From positions 416,001 through 480,000 of the forward strand of contig CAWIAD010000001.1 of NCBI GenBank assembly GCA_963833985.1: a DNA stretch of 64,000 nt, read 5' to 3'. Below the pieces are notes generated by a model. It was given only the letters and a program-made list of their open reading frames with translations, searched no databases and was not told the origin of the DNA. This DNA comes from an uncultured Planctomycetaceae bacterium. GTDB lineage: Bacteria; Planctomycetota; Planctomycetia; Isosphaerales; Isosphaeraceae. The first letter of the stretch is position 1. Each line of letters starts with the position of its first letter. The translations under genes were made by a program, and so were the position numbers. This document shows, piece by piece, positions 35,755 through 45,453 of this stretch.

Positions 35755-36039
35755 GATCGAGGGAAGCCTCCGTGAAGTCGGCCCGGGCAAGCAATCCGTT
35801 GGACGACGCCCTGTCCGAAGGGCCGTGGGCGCCCGGGCGTGCAGGGTTGGGCAAGTCGTGGACTTATCTTGCAGCCGGCATCGTTGCCTGTCAACGTGTC
35901 CCCCCCCCGGGACGTCGGCCTGCCGGCTCAAGCGCGGGGTGGATGCACTGAGGACACCGGTGGTCGACGGGGTCAGCAACGATGGCGGTGACTCAACATG
36001 ACTCTCCAGCCGCACGAAGCCGGCGATGACCGCCTCGCA

Positions 36040-36144
36040 CTAAACAGGTCCACACCACCTGGAAAGTGGGACAGCCGCCCTCGGCTGTCGTTCCCAGCCG
36101 AGGGCGGCTGGGCCACACTTTCCCGTTTCAAAGCTTCTATTTAC
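36040..36144. repeat. second, more decayed copy of the 6160..6265 element
   Basis: CTAAACAGGTCC...GTGGGACAGCCGCCCTCGGCTG...CAGCCGAGGGCGGCTG.GCCACACTTTCCC...CTATTTAC. Confidence 0.75.
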
Positions 36145-36151
36145 GATGGGT

Positions 36152-36545
36152 GCACGTGGCCATGAGCCGCGAAGGTCAGGACAAGCGGACCAGCGCCGTG
36201 CGGAATCGCGTGTATCGGCGAGGTGCTGGTCGGGCTCACGCCCGAGGTTGGGGGCTGCGCCCGTGAAAACCACGTACTGACGCACGTGGCCATGCGCCAT
36301 GCGCACCCGAGCGCCGGGACGTCGCTCTGGCGATACGTGTGATGCGCGGCTGGATACTGGTCGGGCTCACGCCCGAGGTTGGGGGCTGCGCCCGTGAAAA
36401 CCACGTACTGACGCACGTGGCCATGCGCCGCGGACCCGGGGGTGCCGGCGCACGTGGCCATGTGCCGCGGAACCGGGGGTGCCGGCGCAGGTGGTCATGC
36501 GCCGCGGACCCTGCGGTGCCGGCGCACGTGGCCATCGCCATGCGC
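36152..36545 (+). repeat. compound direct-repeat array built on CACGTGGCCAT
   Basis: Exact 73-bp repeat at 36226-98 and 36357-429; the core motif occurs at 36153, 36283, 36414, 36451, 36488 (degenerate) and 36525. Confidence 0.9.
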
Positions 36546-36823
36546 TCCCGAGTGGCGGGCCGGCGGACCGCCGTGATTTGCTGCTGGGTGGCGGATCTCC
36601 TGCTCGGCACGCTTCCGTGCATTGCCGGCGTCGCGCTTGACGGTCGAGCGGCTTCGCGGCTGTTTCGAGCGGATTCTCTGGGGTGGAGCGGCCGGGGAAG
36701 CTGGCTTGCGGCCCGTCTGAACAACACAAGCGATTGACGGCCGGCCGTGGTAGAATGGTCGATCCCGAGAACCGAGACGACTCGGCCAGATTCACCGCTA
36801 ATCCTTGCTAAGGACCTGAGCAG

Positions 36824-38291
36824 ATGACCCGACCGGCCGCCACCGCCGACATCGGATTGATTGGTCTTGCCGTGATGGGCGAGAACCTCGTACTCAACAT
36901 GGCGAGCCACGGGTTCACCGTTGCGGTCTTCAATCGCACCACCTCCAAGGTGGACGCCTTCCTCGCCGGGCGGGCGAAGGAGCAGCCGATCATCGGCACG
37001 CACACGGTGCAGGAGCTCGTCTCCAGCCTCAAGCGTCCCCGCAAGATCATGATCATGGTGAAGGCCGGCGCGGCGGTGGACGAGGTGATCGGTGAGCTGG
37101 TTCCGCTGCTGCAACCCGGAGATATCCTCATCGACGGCGGCAATTCCCACTTCCCGGACTCCACCCGGCGCACCCGGGAGCTGAAGCAGAAGGGGATCCT
37201 CTACATCGGCACCGGTGTCTCCGGCGGCGAAGAGGGAGGCGCTGCGCGGACCGTCGATCATGCCGGGCGGGAATCCCGAGGCCTGGCCCCATGTGAAGCC
37301 GATCTTCCAGGCCATCGCGGCCAAGGTGGCCGACGGGACGCCCTGCTGCGACTGGGTCGGCCCCGAAGGCTCGGGCCACTTCGTCAAGATGGTCCATAAC
37401 GGCATCGAATATGGCGACATGCAGCTCATCTGCGAGGCCTATCACGTGATGCGGACGATGCTGGGCATGGAGCCCACCGCCATGCATGACGTGTTCGCAC
37501 GCTGGAACCGCGGTCCGCTCGATAGCTACCTGATCGAGATCACCCGCGACATCTTCGGCTTCATCGATCCGGAGACGGGCAAGCCGATGCTGGACCTCAT
37601 CCTCGATACCGCCGGCCAGAAAGGCACCGGCAAGTGGACCGTGATCGCCGCCTGCGACCTGGGCGTCCCCTTGACCCTCATCTCCGAGGCCGTCTTCGCC
37701 CGCGCCCTTTCGGCCCAGAAGGATGAACGCGTCAAGGCCTCGGGCGTCATCAAGAGCCACACGCCGCCGTTCCTCGGCAACCATCAAACGATGGTGGACG
37801 ACCTGGAACAGGCCCTTTACGCCTCCAAGGTCATCTCCTACGCCCAGGGTTTCAGCCTGATGAAGGCGATGGCCGACGAGTCCAAATGGGAGATCAACAA
37901 CGGCGCCGTGGCACTCATGTGGCGGGGCGGGTGCATCATCCGCAGCGCTTTCCTCGGCCACATCAAGGAGGCCTTCGACCGCAACCCGAAGCTCGAGAAC
38001 CTGCTGCTGGATTCCTACTTCAGCGCGGAGGTCACACGCGCCCAGGAAGGCTGGCGGCGGGTCTGCGCCGCCGCGATCAGCCACGGCATTCCCCTCCCCG
38101 CAATGACCTCCGCCCTGGCGTACTTCGACGGCTACCGCTGCGCAAACCTCCCTGCCAACCTGCTGCAAGCGCAACGCGACTACTTCGGGGCCCATACCTA
38201 CGAACGAGTCGACCGTCCGCGCGGCCAGTTCTTCCACACCAACTGGACCGGCCGCGGAGGTACGACGGCGTCCTCGACCTACAACGTCTGA
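36824..38291 (+). CDS. gnd: 6-phosphogluconate dehydrogenase, NADP-dependent, decarboxylating (frameshift near 37235)
   Basis: GLAVMG, NRT, MVKAG, DGGNS, VSGGEEG, HFVKMVHNGIEYGDMQ, QKGTGKW, WRGGCIIRS, QAQRDYFGAHTY. Confidence 0.97.
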
Positions 38292-38679
38292 GCCAGCCGA
38301 GATGATCTCCAGCCGGTTCCCAGTCCGAGCCGCCCGTCCCGCGCTGCGCAGCTCAGAGGTCGGGGACCATGCGCCCGCTGGCGGCGAACCGAACTCTCCT
38401 CGTCGACGTATTGATGAATGCATCCCCGCGCTGGATGGCGCATTCAGCAAGGCCCAGGCTCGTCTTTATCGGTTGGCCGGGGGGCTCGTCCACATGTGGA
38501 CAAGAATCTCAAAATTCCGTGACAGCAGACGGCAAGCCATTCACGACTATAATTGAAACGTGGCGTCCGGGACGGAATGGATCCTCCCCGAAGTTCCTCC
38601 CGATGGCCCCGACGCGCCGGTTCGCTTCCCTGGCATGCTGCGTAAGTCCTTATGAAGTTCCAAGTTCGGTAAATTCGGC

Positions 38680-40086
38680 ATGAAGAACGTCGTCGTTTCC
38701 GATTCCTCCTATGTTTCCTCACTGACCGTCCCCGTGGAGGCCGGGCAGGCCCTGACCGCGCCGTTGCCCGGCGCGTCGGCCATGGAGCAGACCGCCGACG
38801 GAGACCTATCCGCGGCGGGCGATCCCCGAGGAACCGGCGTCGAGGCGGCCTCGGGATACTGGGAAGCGGTGGTCGGCTCGCGGATCGCCGACTATCACGT
38901 GGAGCGGTTCCTGGGCCGGGGCTCGATGGCACGCGTGTACCGGGCCCGGCACCTCGGGCTGCGTCGACTGTGCGCCTTGAAGATCATGGATCCGCGGCTG
39001 GTCAATGGCCAGCCCGCGTTTCGCGAGCGGTTCTGGGCGGAAGCGCGGGCCGCGGCCAATCTGAATCATCCGCACGTGGTGACGATTTTCAACCTGGGCG
39101 TGGATCGGGGCTACCACTTCATCGAGATGGAATATGTGCCCGGCGCCGTGAGCCTGAGGGACTGGCTGATCCGCCGGGGCCCCTTCCGTCCCTTGCAGGC
39201 GGCGAACCTGGCCAGGCAGGTGGCCCAGGCGCTGGAGGCGGCCCATCGTTCCGGGCTGGTGCACCGCGACGTGAAGCCGGCCAACGTGCTGCTCACCCCG
39301 CAGGGCAATGCCAAGCTCGCCGACTTCGGCCTGGCCGATCAGATCGTCGGCCTGGCGGCCGAGCGGATTGCGGGAACGCCCACCTTCATGGCACCCGAGC
39401 TCTTCCGGGGCGAGCCGGCCAGCCCGCGGTCAGACATCTACGCCGTGGGTGTGATGCTCTATTACCTGCTTTCCGGCCGGCTCCCCTTCGCGGCCAACAC
39501 CATCCGCGCCCTGATTCGCCTGCACCAGCAGCATCCGGTTCCCGAGATCCGCACGATCGTCGAGTCCATTCCCGATCGCCTGGCCGCCATCATCACGCGC
39601 TGCCTGGCGAAGGCGTCCGCGGACCGCTTCGCCTCCGGCATTGAGCTCGCCGACGAGCTGCGGCAGGTGATCCAGCAGCTTCGAGATACCGAAAGCCTGG
39701 TGCGGCAAAGCATGCAGGGCGTCGAGGGCCTGATCCAGGGGAGCCGCGACACCTTCCGGATCATCCTTCCCCAGAAGCGCGGGGAACGTCTCCAGGAGGT
39801 GATCGTCGAGGTGAATGAGGGGAAGGACAACGAGCGTTTCCTCTCCGTGTTCTCGGTCTGCGGGCCGGCCGACCCCATCCATTACGCCAGTGCGCTGGAG
39901 CTGAACGCCCGCCTGACCTACGGCAGCATTTCCATCCGCCATGTCCTGGGCAGCCCCATGTTCGTCATGTCGCGCACCTTCCCGCGCGACCGCGTTCGCG
40001 CCAGCGAGATCCGCGACGCCATCCTCGAGATCGCCCGCAGGTCCGACCAGATCGAGCAGCAATTGACGCAGCTCGACCAGTACTGA
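38680..40086 (+). CDS. cytoplasmic Ser/Thr kinase with C-terminal YbjN/T3SS-chaperone-like domain
   Basis: LGRGSMARVY, ALK, HRDVKPAN, DFGLA, GTPTFMAPE; tail SVFSVCGPA...ALELNARLTYG...IARRSDQIEQQLTQLDQY. Confidence 0.92.
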   Translation: MKNVVVSDSSYVSSLTVPVEAGQALTAPLPGASAMEQTADGDLSAAGDPRGTGVEAASGYWEAVVGSRIADYHVERFLGRGSMARVYRARHLGLRRLCALKIMDPRLVNGQPAFRERFWAEARAAANLNHPHVVTIFNLGVDRGYHFIEMEYVPGAVSLRDWLIRRGPFRPLQAANLARQVAQALEAAHRSGLVHRDVKPANVLLTPQGNAKLADFGLADQIVGLAAERIAGTPTFMAPELFRGEPASPRSDIYAVGVMLYYLLSGRLPFAANTIRALIRLHQQHPVPEIRTIVESIPDRLAAIITRCLAKASADRFASGIELADELRQVIQQLRDTESLVRQSMQGVEGLIQGSRDTFRIILPQKRGERLQEVIVEVNEGKDNERFLSVFSVCGPADPIHYASALELNARLTYGSISIRHVLGSPMFVMSRTFPRDRVRASEIRDAILEIARRSDQIEQQLTQLDQY

Positions 40087-40261
40087 GGCGGACTGTGTGG
40101 CGGAGTCTGACTCCGGGCCGCTGGCAAGGCCCGTCGGCCTGAGCCTGCTCGACGACGCTGGGTCTTGCCCGGCACCCCCGTTTCAGCGACAACGATCCTG
40201 GTCGCGGCCACGAGACCGCATCAAGATCGGCCATCCTCTGCTTGTTCCCGGAAACACGACC

Positions 40262-40718
40262 ATGCCCGCTGACGACCTCGGATCCGCTTCCGCCGGACTG
40301 GCGGCCGGGCTCACGTTGATCGCGCTCTTTCTGGGTTTGCGGCAATGGTACGAACGGCGCGCCAGGGAATCGGATCTCTCGCCCGCCGATTCCGTCCACT
40401 TCGCCCGTCAGGACATGCGTCGCCGCGCCGGCGTGGCGGTCCTGGTCGCCATCGCGGTCCTGGCGCTGGCCGGTTCGCAGGTCGCGCCGCGCCGGCGGCC
40501 GGGGCCACGCCCTGTTCGCAATCCTCTGGCTGACCGTGCTGGCACTGATCGTCGTGCTGCTCGTCCTGGCCCTGGTGGACCTGCTGGCCACCCGATCGTA
40601 CGCCCGCCGGCACCGCCGCGAGATGCTTCGCCAATCGATCGAAGCGATTCGCCACGACGCCCGTCAGGCATCTTCCCAAGCTGGGGACCAAGAGGATGGC
40701 AAGCCCGAGAGCCGCTAA
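40262..40718 (+). CDS. small three-TM membrane protein (frameshift near 40500)
   Basis: Hydrophobic helices continue across two frames (...RQDMRRRAGVAVL / LWLTVLALIVVLLVLALVDLLATRSY...). Confidence 0.75.
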
Positions 40719-40719
40719 A

Positions 40720-40989
40720 CCAAGCAGTTCCGTAGAAGTCTTTGGACAGGATTGCCGTTCGCTTGCCCGGGACTGAGGGCCAAGCCTGGCCGCTCTCCTC
40801 GTGGGGTACGATTCCAATCGTGCCATTCCATTCTCGTGGGGTACGATTCCTGTCGTGCCATTCCTGGTCCATCAGATCGAAGAAGCGACACGATTGGGAA
40901 TCGTGACCCACAAAGAGGGGCTTCCCGGCCATCCAGGATCGCATCAAACTGCTGAATGCCTGTCAAAGAACTATTGCGAACCTGCTTGG
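40720..40989. repeat. MITE-like element with decayed ~30-bp outer IR enclosing three GTGG-type REP arms
   Basis: CCAAGCAGTTCCGTAGAAGTCTTTGGACAGG versus CCTGTCAAAGAACTATTGCGAACCTGCTTGG; inner GTGGGGTACGATTCC..TCGTGCCAT at 40801 and 40836 and an inverted arm at 40887-911. Confidence 0.7.
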
Positions 40990-41142
40990 CCAGATGAGCC
41001 GGTTCCGTTGTGCACGCGTGGCTTGTAGCGGCCCTCAAGCCGGAACGGCGCTGGACCGGATCAGGCTGGGGGAGGCTGGCCATGGTGCTCCACGAGGTTT
41101 TCACGCAGGATTGACGGGAGCGGCCGATGACGGACGTTGGTA

Positions 41143-42372
41143 TCAGTGGTTTCCGCCCGCGTCGCTCCCCTCCGCGGGGCCCCGCGCCAGACCGCCTGGC
41201 GACCCCGGCCGGGCCGGGTCGTGGTCCTCGGCAGCCCGCTCGTCCTTCGGACCGATGACCCGAATCGGGAGGCCGCAGAGCGCGGCCAGAGCCTCCGCTG
41301 TGGCGAGGCAACGCTCTCCCCGGTCCTGCCCGGCCACCCGCCCGGAAAACGTCCGCGGCACCCCTCGATCATCGTACAACGTGATCTCGAACCGACCCCC
41401 CGAGAGGCCAACCGATCGGTAGGTCGAACCTCGGGGCCGGATCTTCAGCTCGCGCACGAAGACCGCCTCGAACTGATCGAAGTCGTAGCTCTCGTCCCAC
41501 CGCGACCCAAGGAACGAGCCCTGGCGCCGGACGAGCCGGCTGGGGAAGTCGATCACGACACGCGACCGGTACGATAGGGCCAGGGCGCCGGCGAGTGGCA
41601 GGACCGCCATGGCCACCAGATCGACCGTGGCCCTGGCGGCGGGGAGACCCTTGCCGACGGGCATGGCCTGGACGCCCAGGAAGATGGCGGCCGTCCCGGC
41701 GCACACGAGGGCCAGAGCCGCGACCCGTGCCCCTCGGGGGACACGCTGAATTTCCAGCACCGGGTCGACCGAACTCAGCCACTCCACCGCGTACGGCGGG
41801 CGGTCGGCGGAGGTGGGCCGGTCGGCCCAGCCCGTACAGTCCCGGAGCTTCAGGCCGGTGAACTCGACCAGGGCGCTGGCAAGCGCCGCGCGCCCGGGGC
41901 TGTCGTAACAGGCCGCGAGTCGTGCCAACAGCCAGAAGAGGGCGGCGGACGGGACCGGCCCGGGGTCATCAATGTCGAGGGTCGCGTCCGGCCCGACCAA
42001 GACGATGGCGAAGGGGCTGGGCAAATCGGGCTGCGTTCCCTTGAAACGACGCAACTCGATGGCCTGAAAGTCGGAGAACCCATGGCTCTTCTCGGCGATG
42101 GTCGCGATCAGCCGGGACCTGCGGGTGACGGTGCGTGAGCGCCGATCGAGGACGGTCTCCCAGCGGAGCAGGACCAATAGGGCGGCGAGCCGGAGACTGA
42201 ATGCCGAGCCAACGATGCCGCACCAGCCGGCGATCGCCAGGACGGGGCCGCTGTCGAGCACGAGGATCAGGCAGTGGGCGAGGACGATCAGGCTTGCGAG
42301 CAGCAGGCCCACGCCGACGAGCCGGACAGCCGGGGCGGGGCGTCGCACACAGAGTCGATCGAGATCCCGCAT
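41143..42372 (-). CDS. membrane protein with two repeated TM-TM-soluble (PH-like) modules
   Basis: Internal duplication: TVLDRRSRTVTRR...FSDFQAIELR...ALASALVEFTGL versus VVIDFPSRLVRRQ...FDQFEAVFVR...AEALAALCGL. Confidence 0.75.
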   Translation of the reverse strand: MRDLDRLCVRRPAPAVRLVGVGLLLASLIVLAHCLILVLDSGPVLAIAGWCGIVGSAFSLRLAALLVLLRWETVLDRRSRTVTRRSRLIATIAEKSHGFSDFQAIELRRFKGTQPDLPSPFAIVLVGPDATLDIDDPGPVPSAALFWLLARLAACYDSPGRAALASALVEFTGLKLRDCTGWADRPTSADRPPYAVEWLSSVDPVLEIQRVPRGARVAALALVCAGTAAIFLGVQAMPVGKGLPAARATVDLVAMAVLPLAGALALSYRSRVVIDFPSRLVRRQGSFLGSRWDESYDFDQFEAVFVRELKIRPRGSTYRSVGLSGGRFEITLYDDRGVPRTFSGRVAGQDRGERCLATAEALAALCGLPIRVIGPKDERAAEDHDPARPGSPGGLARGPAEGSDAGGNH

Positions 42373-42555
42373 TGCCCCGGACCTTCACACGGCGCCGGCC
42401 AACGATCGGCGAGCCCCTCAGAGTCGGAGCCCGTTCGGAGACCCTCGGGGGCGATGCCGGTGGTCTCCCTTGGCCTCTCCGAATGATCTCTACCGGCCTT
42501 ACCGCGATCGTAGCAACGCGGGCGCGACGGTGTCCATCGCACGCAAGCGTTTCCA

Positions 42556-42712
42556 GGGGGCACGAAGGGGCCACCCAGAGTTCAGGGTGGTGTGCGAGCC
42601 TTCCGCGTGGGATTCGGAGTCGTAAGGTGGCCTGGCAGCCTCGCTTGCTCTGACCGAGCCGCTTAGTGCCGTGTGCGGCTTGGAGGGGAATGCGGATGGC
42701 CCACACTGTGGC
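42556..42712 (+). repeat. dispersed repeat, copy A (core only)
   Basis: GCACGAAGGGGCCACCCAGAGTTCAGGGT...GGAGGGGAATGCGGATGGCCCAC aligns with the copies at 43736 and 44967. Confidence 0.9.
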
Positions 42713-43043
42713 CATCGTTTCTTTACTGTTAATATGTTGCGAAGTGGCAGGATGTTCATCACTGTAGATCCGGTTTCCCGCAAATGCGGGCGGTGGATTG
42801 TGGAGCCCGAGCGCGCGGGCCGGGGGGGGTTCCTGCCCGCGCATGGGCGAGCCCAGTAAGAGCCCGAGCACTCGTCAAGAGACGGGGGAATGAGAAGGGT
42901 CGCGTTCTCCGACGACTCGATCGGCCGCCGCCCGTCCGGGCTGAAGGCCAGGCCGCTAACGACGGCGGCGGGCCCGTCGCACACGCGACCCCGGCCACCG
43001 GCCTCGGGTATCATCTGGAAAGGTAATCCTGGGAGGTGTTTCG

Positions 43044-43562
43044 ATGATCTCTCTTCGGCGCACCACGAGGAACAAGCCCGAGCCATCGATCTGGGCCCTG
43101 ATCTTGAGCCTCATCAAGCGAATCCCGGGGGGATTGGAAGAACGTTACCACTTGCCGCCCGTGTCCCGGGCGAGCCTCCGCTGGACAGCGGCCGGGGTTT
43201 CGGTCTGCGTCTGGCTCATCGGGATGGTGATGGGCTTGAGAGGGGGGCAGACGCTCGGCCGCGCCTCCACCATGGCTGTCATCTCGGCCGTCAGCGGGTT
43301 CGGTGCTTGGGCGTTGTACCACATCATTAGCCGACGAAACGATTTGCTGGCCATTCTTCTCCTCGCGATCGGACCGGCCATGATTCAGCGCGAAGACATC
43401 TCTCCGGGAGGCGAACTTGCATGCCGGCTCGGCATGATGGTTATCTTCTCGCTCGTGTCGTGCTTCTACGGGCTGCTGTTTCGCTTGTCCCCACGACAGA
43501 AGGGACAGAAGCCGGTTAGCTCGTCACCCGGGAATGACGATATCGATGGGCCGTTTGGATGA
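43044..43562 (+). CDS. hypothetical membrane protein
   Basis: 172 aa with about four hydrophobic helices; GGAGG RBS; less GC-biased codons than its neighbours. Confidence 0.65.
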   Translation: MISLRRTTRNKPEPSIWALILSLIKRIPGGLEERYHLPPVSRASLRWTAAGVSVCVWLIGMVMGLRGGQTLGRASTMAVISAVSGFGAWALYHIISRRNDLLAILLLAIGPAMIQREDISPGGELACRLGMMVIFSLVSCFYGLLFRLSPRQKGQKPVSSSPGNDDIDGPFG

Positions 43563-43735
43563 ACTCCGGGGGGGTAGCCGGGGGCGAAGCGTGGCGTGCC
43601 CCGGCGACGGCGAGGGACGCAACGGTCGGTGCGGCGGGTCGGAAGCCGAACATCGGCGGACCCCTTCCCTCGAGGTCGCCCGATTTGATGGCCGTGGGGC
43701 TACGACCCCAAGGGAGGGAAAAGTGGTCGTCACTG

Positions 43736-44085
43736 GGGGGCACGAAGGGGCCACCCAGAGTTCAGGGTAGTGTGCGAGCCTTCCGCGTGGGATTCGGACT
43801 CGTCAGGTGCCTTGGCGGCCTCGCTTGCTGTGGCCGAACCGCTAAGTTCGGTGTGCGGCCTGGAGGGGATGTGGATGGCGCCACGGTGGCGCTGACAATG
43901 CGTTGAACCACAGAGAGCACAGTGAACACAGAGCAAGAAAACCACGGAGGGAGAGGACAATTCAAACATTCTTGATGTTTCTTTTCTTTTCTTTCTTCTC
44001 CCCCTCTGTGGTCCCTGTGTTCTCTGTGGTTGAACGCATTCGTATTCTCTGTAGTGGGTTGCCTAACTTTGTGGTTGCACGAAGG
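43736..44085 (+). repeat. dispersed repeat, copy B (core plus ACCACAGAG hairpin module)
   Basis: Core as in copy A, then the IR AATGCGTTGAACCACAGAG (43897) / CTCTGTGGTTGAACGCATT (44022-40); ends in GCACGAAGG. Confidence 0.9.
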
Positions 44086-44143
44086 TGCGCTGCACGGAGG
44101 GACTACCCAGGCTTCAGGGCGGCGTCCCGTTTTCCTGTCTCGC

Positions 44144-44186
44144 TTGGCAAAATGGGCAATTGCTCCTAGACTGGTTAATACTGGTT
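44144..44186 (+). promoter_or_regulatory. putative TA operon promoter with operator repeats
   Basis: TTGGCA, 17 bp, TAGACT; ACTGGTT repeated at 44170 and 44180. Confidence 0.55.
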
Positions 44187-44208
44187 GAAATCGAATGGGA
44201 GAATGCTC

Positions 44209-44460
44209 ATGGAATCTGTCGGCTCGTTCGAGGCCAAAACGCACCTGGCCCAGCTCCTTGAGCGTGTGGCCCAGGGCGAGGAATTCACCATCACCAAGCA
44301 CGGCAAACCCGTGGCCCGGCTGGTGCCTGTCATCATCACCGCCGCGCCCAAGCCCGATGTACGGCAGGTCATCGAGGAATTGAAAGCCTTCAGCAAGGGC
44401 AACACGCTTGGCGAAGGCATCAGCGTCCGCGATCTGATCGAGGAAGGCCGCCGCTTCTGA
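44209..44460 (+). CDS. Phd/YefM-family antitoxin
   Basis: VGSFEAKTHLAQLLERVAQGEEFTITKHGKPVARLVP; IEEGRR. Confidence 0.95.
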   Translation: MESVGSFEAKTHLAQLLERVAQGEEFTITKHGKPVARLVPVIITAAPKPDVRQVIEELKAFSKGNTLGEGISVRDLIEEGRRF

Positions 44461-44485
44461 CATGCAATGACGAAAGGATTCGCCG

Positions 44486-44914
44486 ATGGAAACCAGGGAC
44501 GGTTTCGTGCTCGACTGCTCTGTGACGATGGCTTGGTGTTTCGATGACGAAGCCACCCCCTTTACCGATGGCGTACGCGACAGCCTGGCCGATATGCGGG
44601 CCGTGGTGCCGTTTATCTGGCCGCTCGAAGCCGCAAACGCCACCATCATGGGCGAACGCCGCAAACGGCTGGACGAGGCCCGCAGCAGGCGTTTCTTCAT
44701 GCTCCTCGAAGCCTTGCCCATCGACGTCGATGGGGAAACCGGAAGCCGGGCATTCGACGACATCGTCTACCTGGCCAGAACCTACAAGCTCTCCGCCTAC
44801 GACGCCGCTTATCTGGAACTGGCCATCCGCCGTGGCCTGCCGCTGGCGTGCAACGATGGCAAGTTGAAAACCGCCGCCCTTACCGCTGGCGTCGTGCTCT
44901 TCAGCCCACCCTGA
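44486..44914 (+). CDS. vapC: VapC-family PIN toxin
   Basis: FVLDCSVTMAWCFDDE, WPLEAANA, LSAYDAAYLELA, LACNDGKL. Confidence 0.95.
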   Translation: METRDGFVLDCSVTMAWCFDDEATPFTDGVRDSLADMRAVVPFIWPLEAANATIMGERRKRLDEARSRRFFMLLEALPIDVDGETGSRAFDDIVYLARTYKLSAYDAAYLELAIRRGLPLACNDGKLKTAALTAGVVLFSPP

Positions 44915-44966
44915 AAAGCCCACGGCTGCATGCAAACCGGCTGATGGAATCGATCAAAGAAGAAAC

Positions 44967-45414
44967 GCACGATGGGGCCACTCACGGTTCAGGGTGGGGT
45001 AAGAGCCGTCTGCGCGGGATTCGGTGTCGGGAAAGTTGCCTCGCAGCTTGGTCCGCGGTGATCGTGCCCCTTGGAGCTGGACCCGAGCTGGAGGGGAATG
45101 TAAATGGCCCCACGGTGGCGCACGGTGGAGCACGGTGGCGCTGACAATGCGTTGAACCACAGAGAGCACAGTGAACACAGAGAAAGAAAACTACAGAGAT
45201 AGAGAAGACAATTCAAGTATGCTTGAGGTTTCTTTTCTTTCTTCTCCCCCTCTGTGGTCTCTGTGATCTCTGTGGTTGAACGCATTCGTATTCTCTGTGG
45301 TTGAACGCATTCGTATTCTCTGCGGTTGAACGCATTCGTATTCTCTGCGGTTGAACGCATTCATATTCTCTGTGGTTGGTTGCCTTTCTTTGTGGTTGCA
45401 CGAAGGGGCCACCC
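44967..45414 (+). repeat. dispersed repeat, copy C, with internal VNTRs
   Basis: Diverged core, 10-bp triplication CACGGTGG(C/A)G (45111-40), hairpin module, 25-bp unit x4.4 (45268-377); ends GCACGAAGGGGCCACCC. Confidence 0.9.
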
Positions 45415-45453
45415 GTACTCACGATTGGCCACGGCTCCGCACTGCCACAGGGT

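Noticed and set aside
36152..36545. Possible canonical CRISPR array
   Set aside because: The constant part is 73 bp with only two full copies, and the 37-bp units lack spacers; kept as an unexplained repeat.
44061..44080. attC-like GCCTAAC...GTTGCAC
   Set aside because: The two boxes are only 6 bp apart, the motif is not kept in copy C, and there is no integrase in the window.
45268..45377. Possible CRISPR array
   Set aside because: The 25-bp units are head-to-tail with no spacers.
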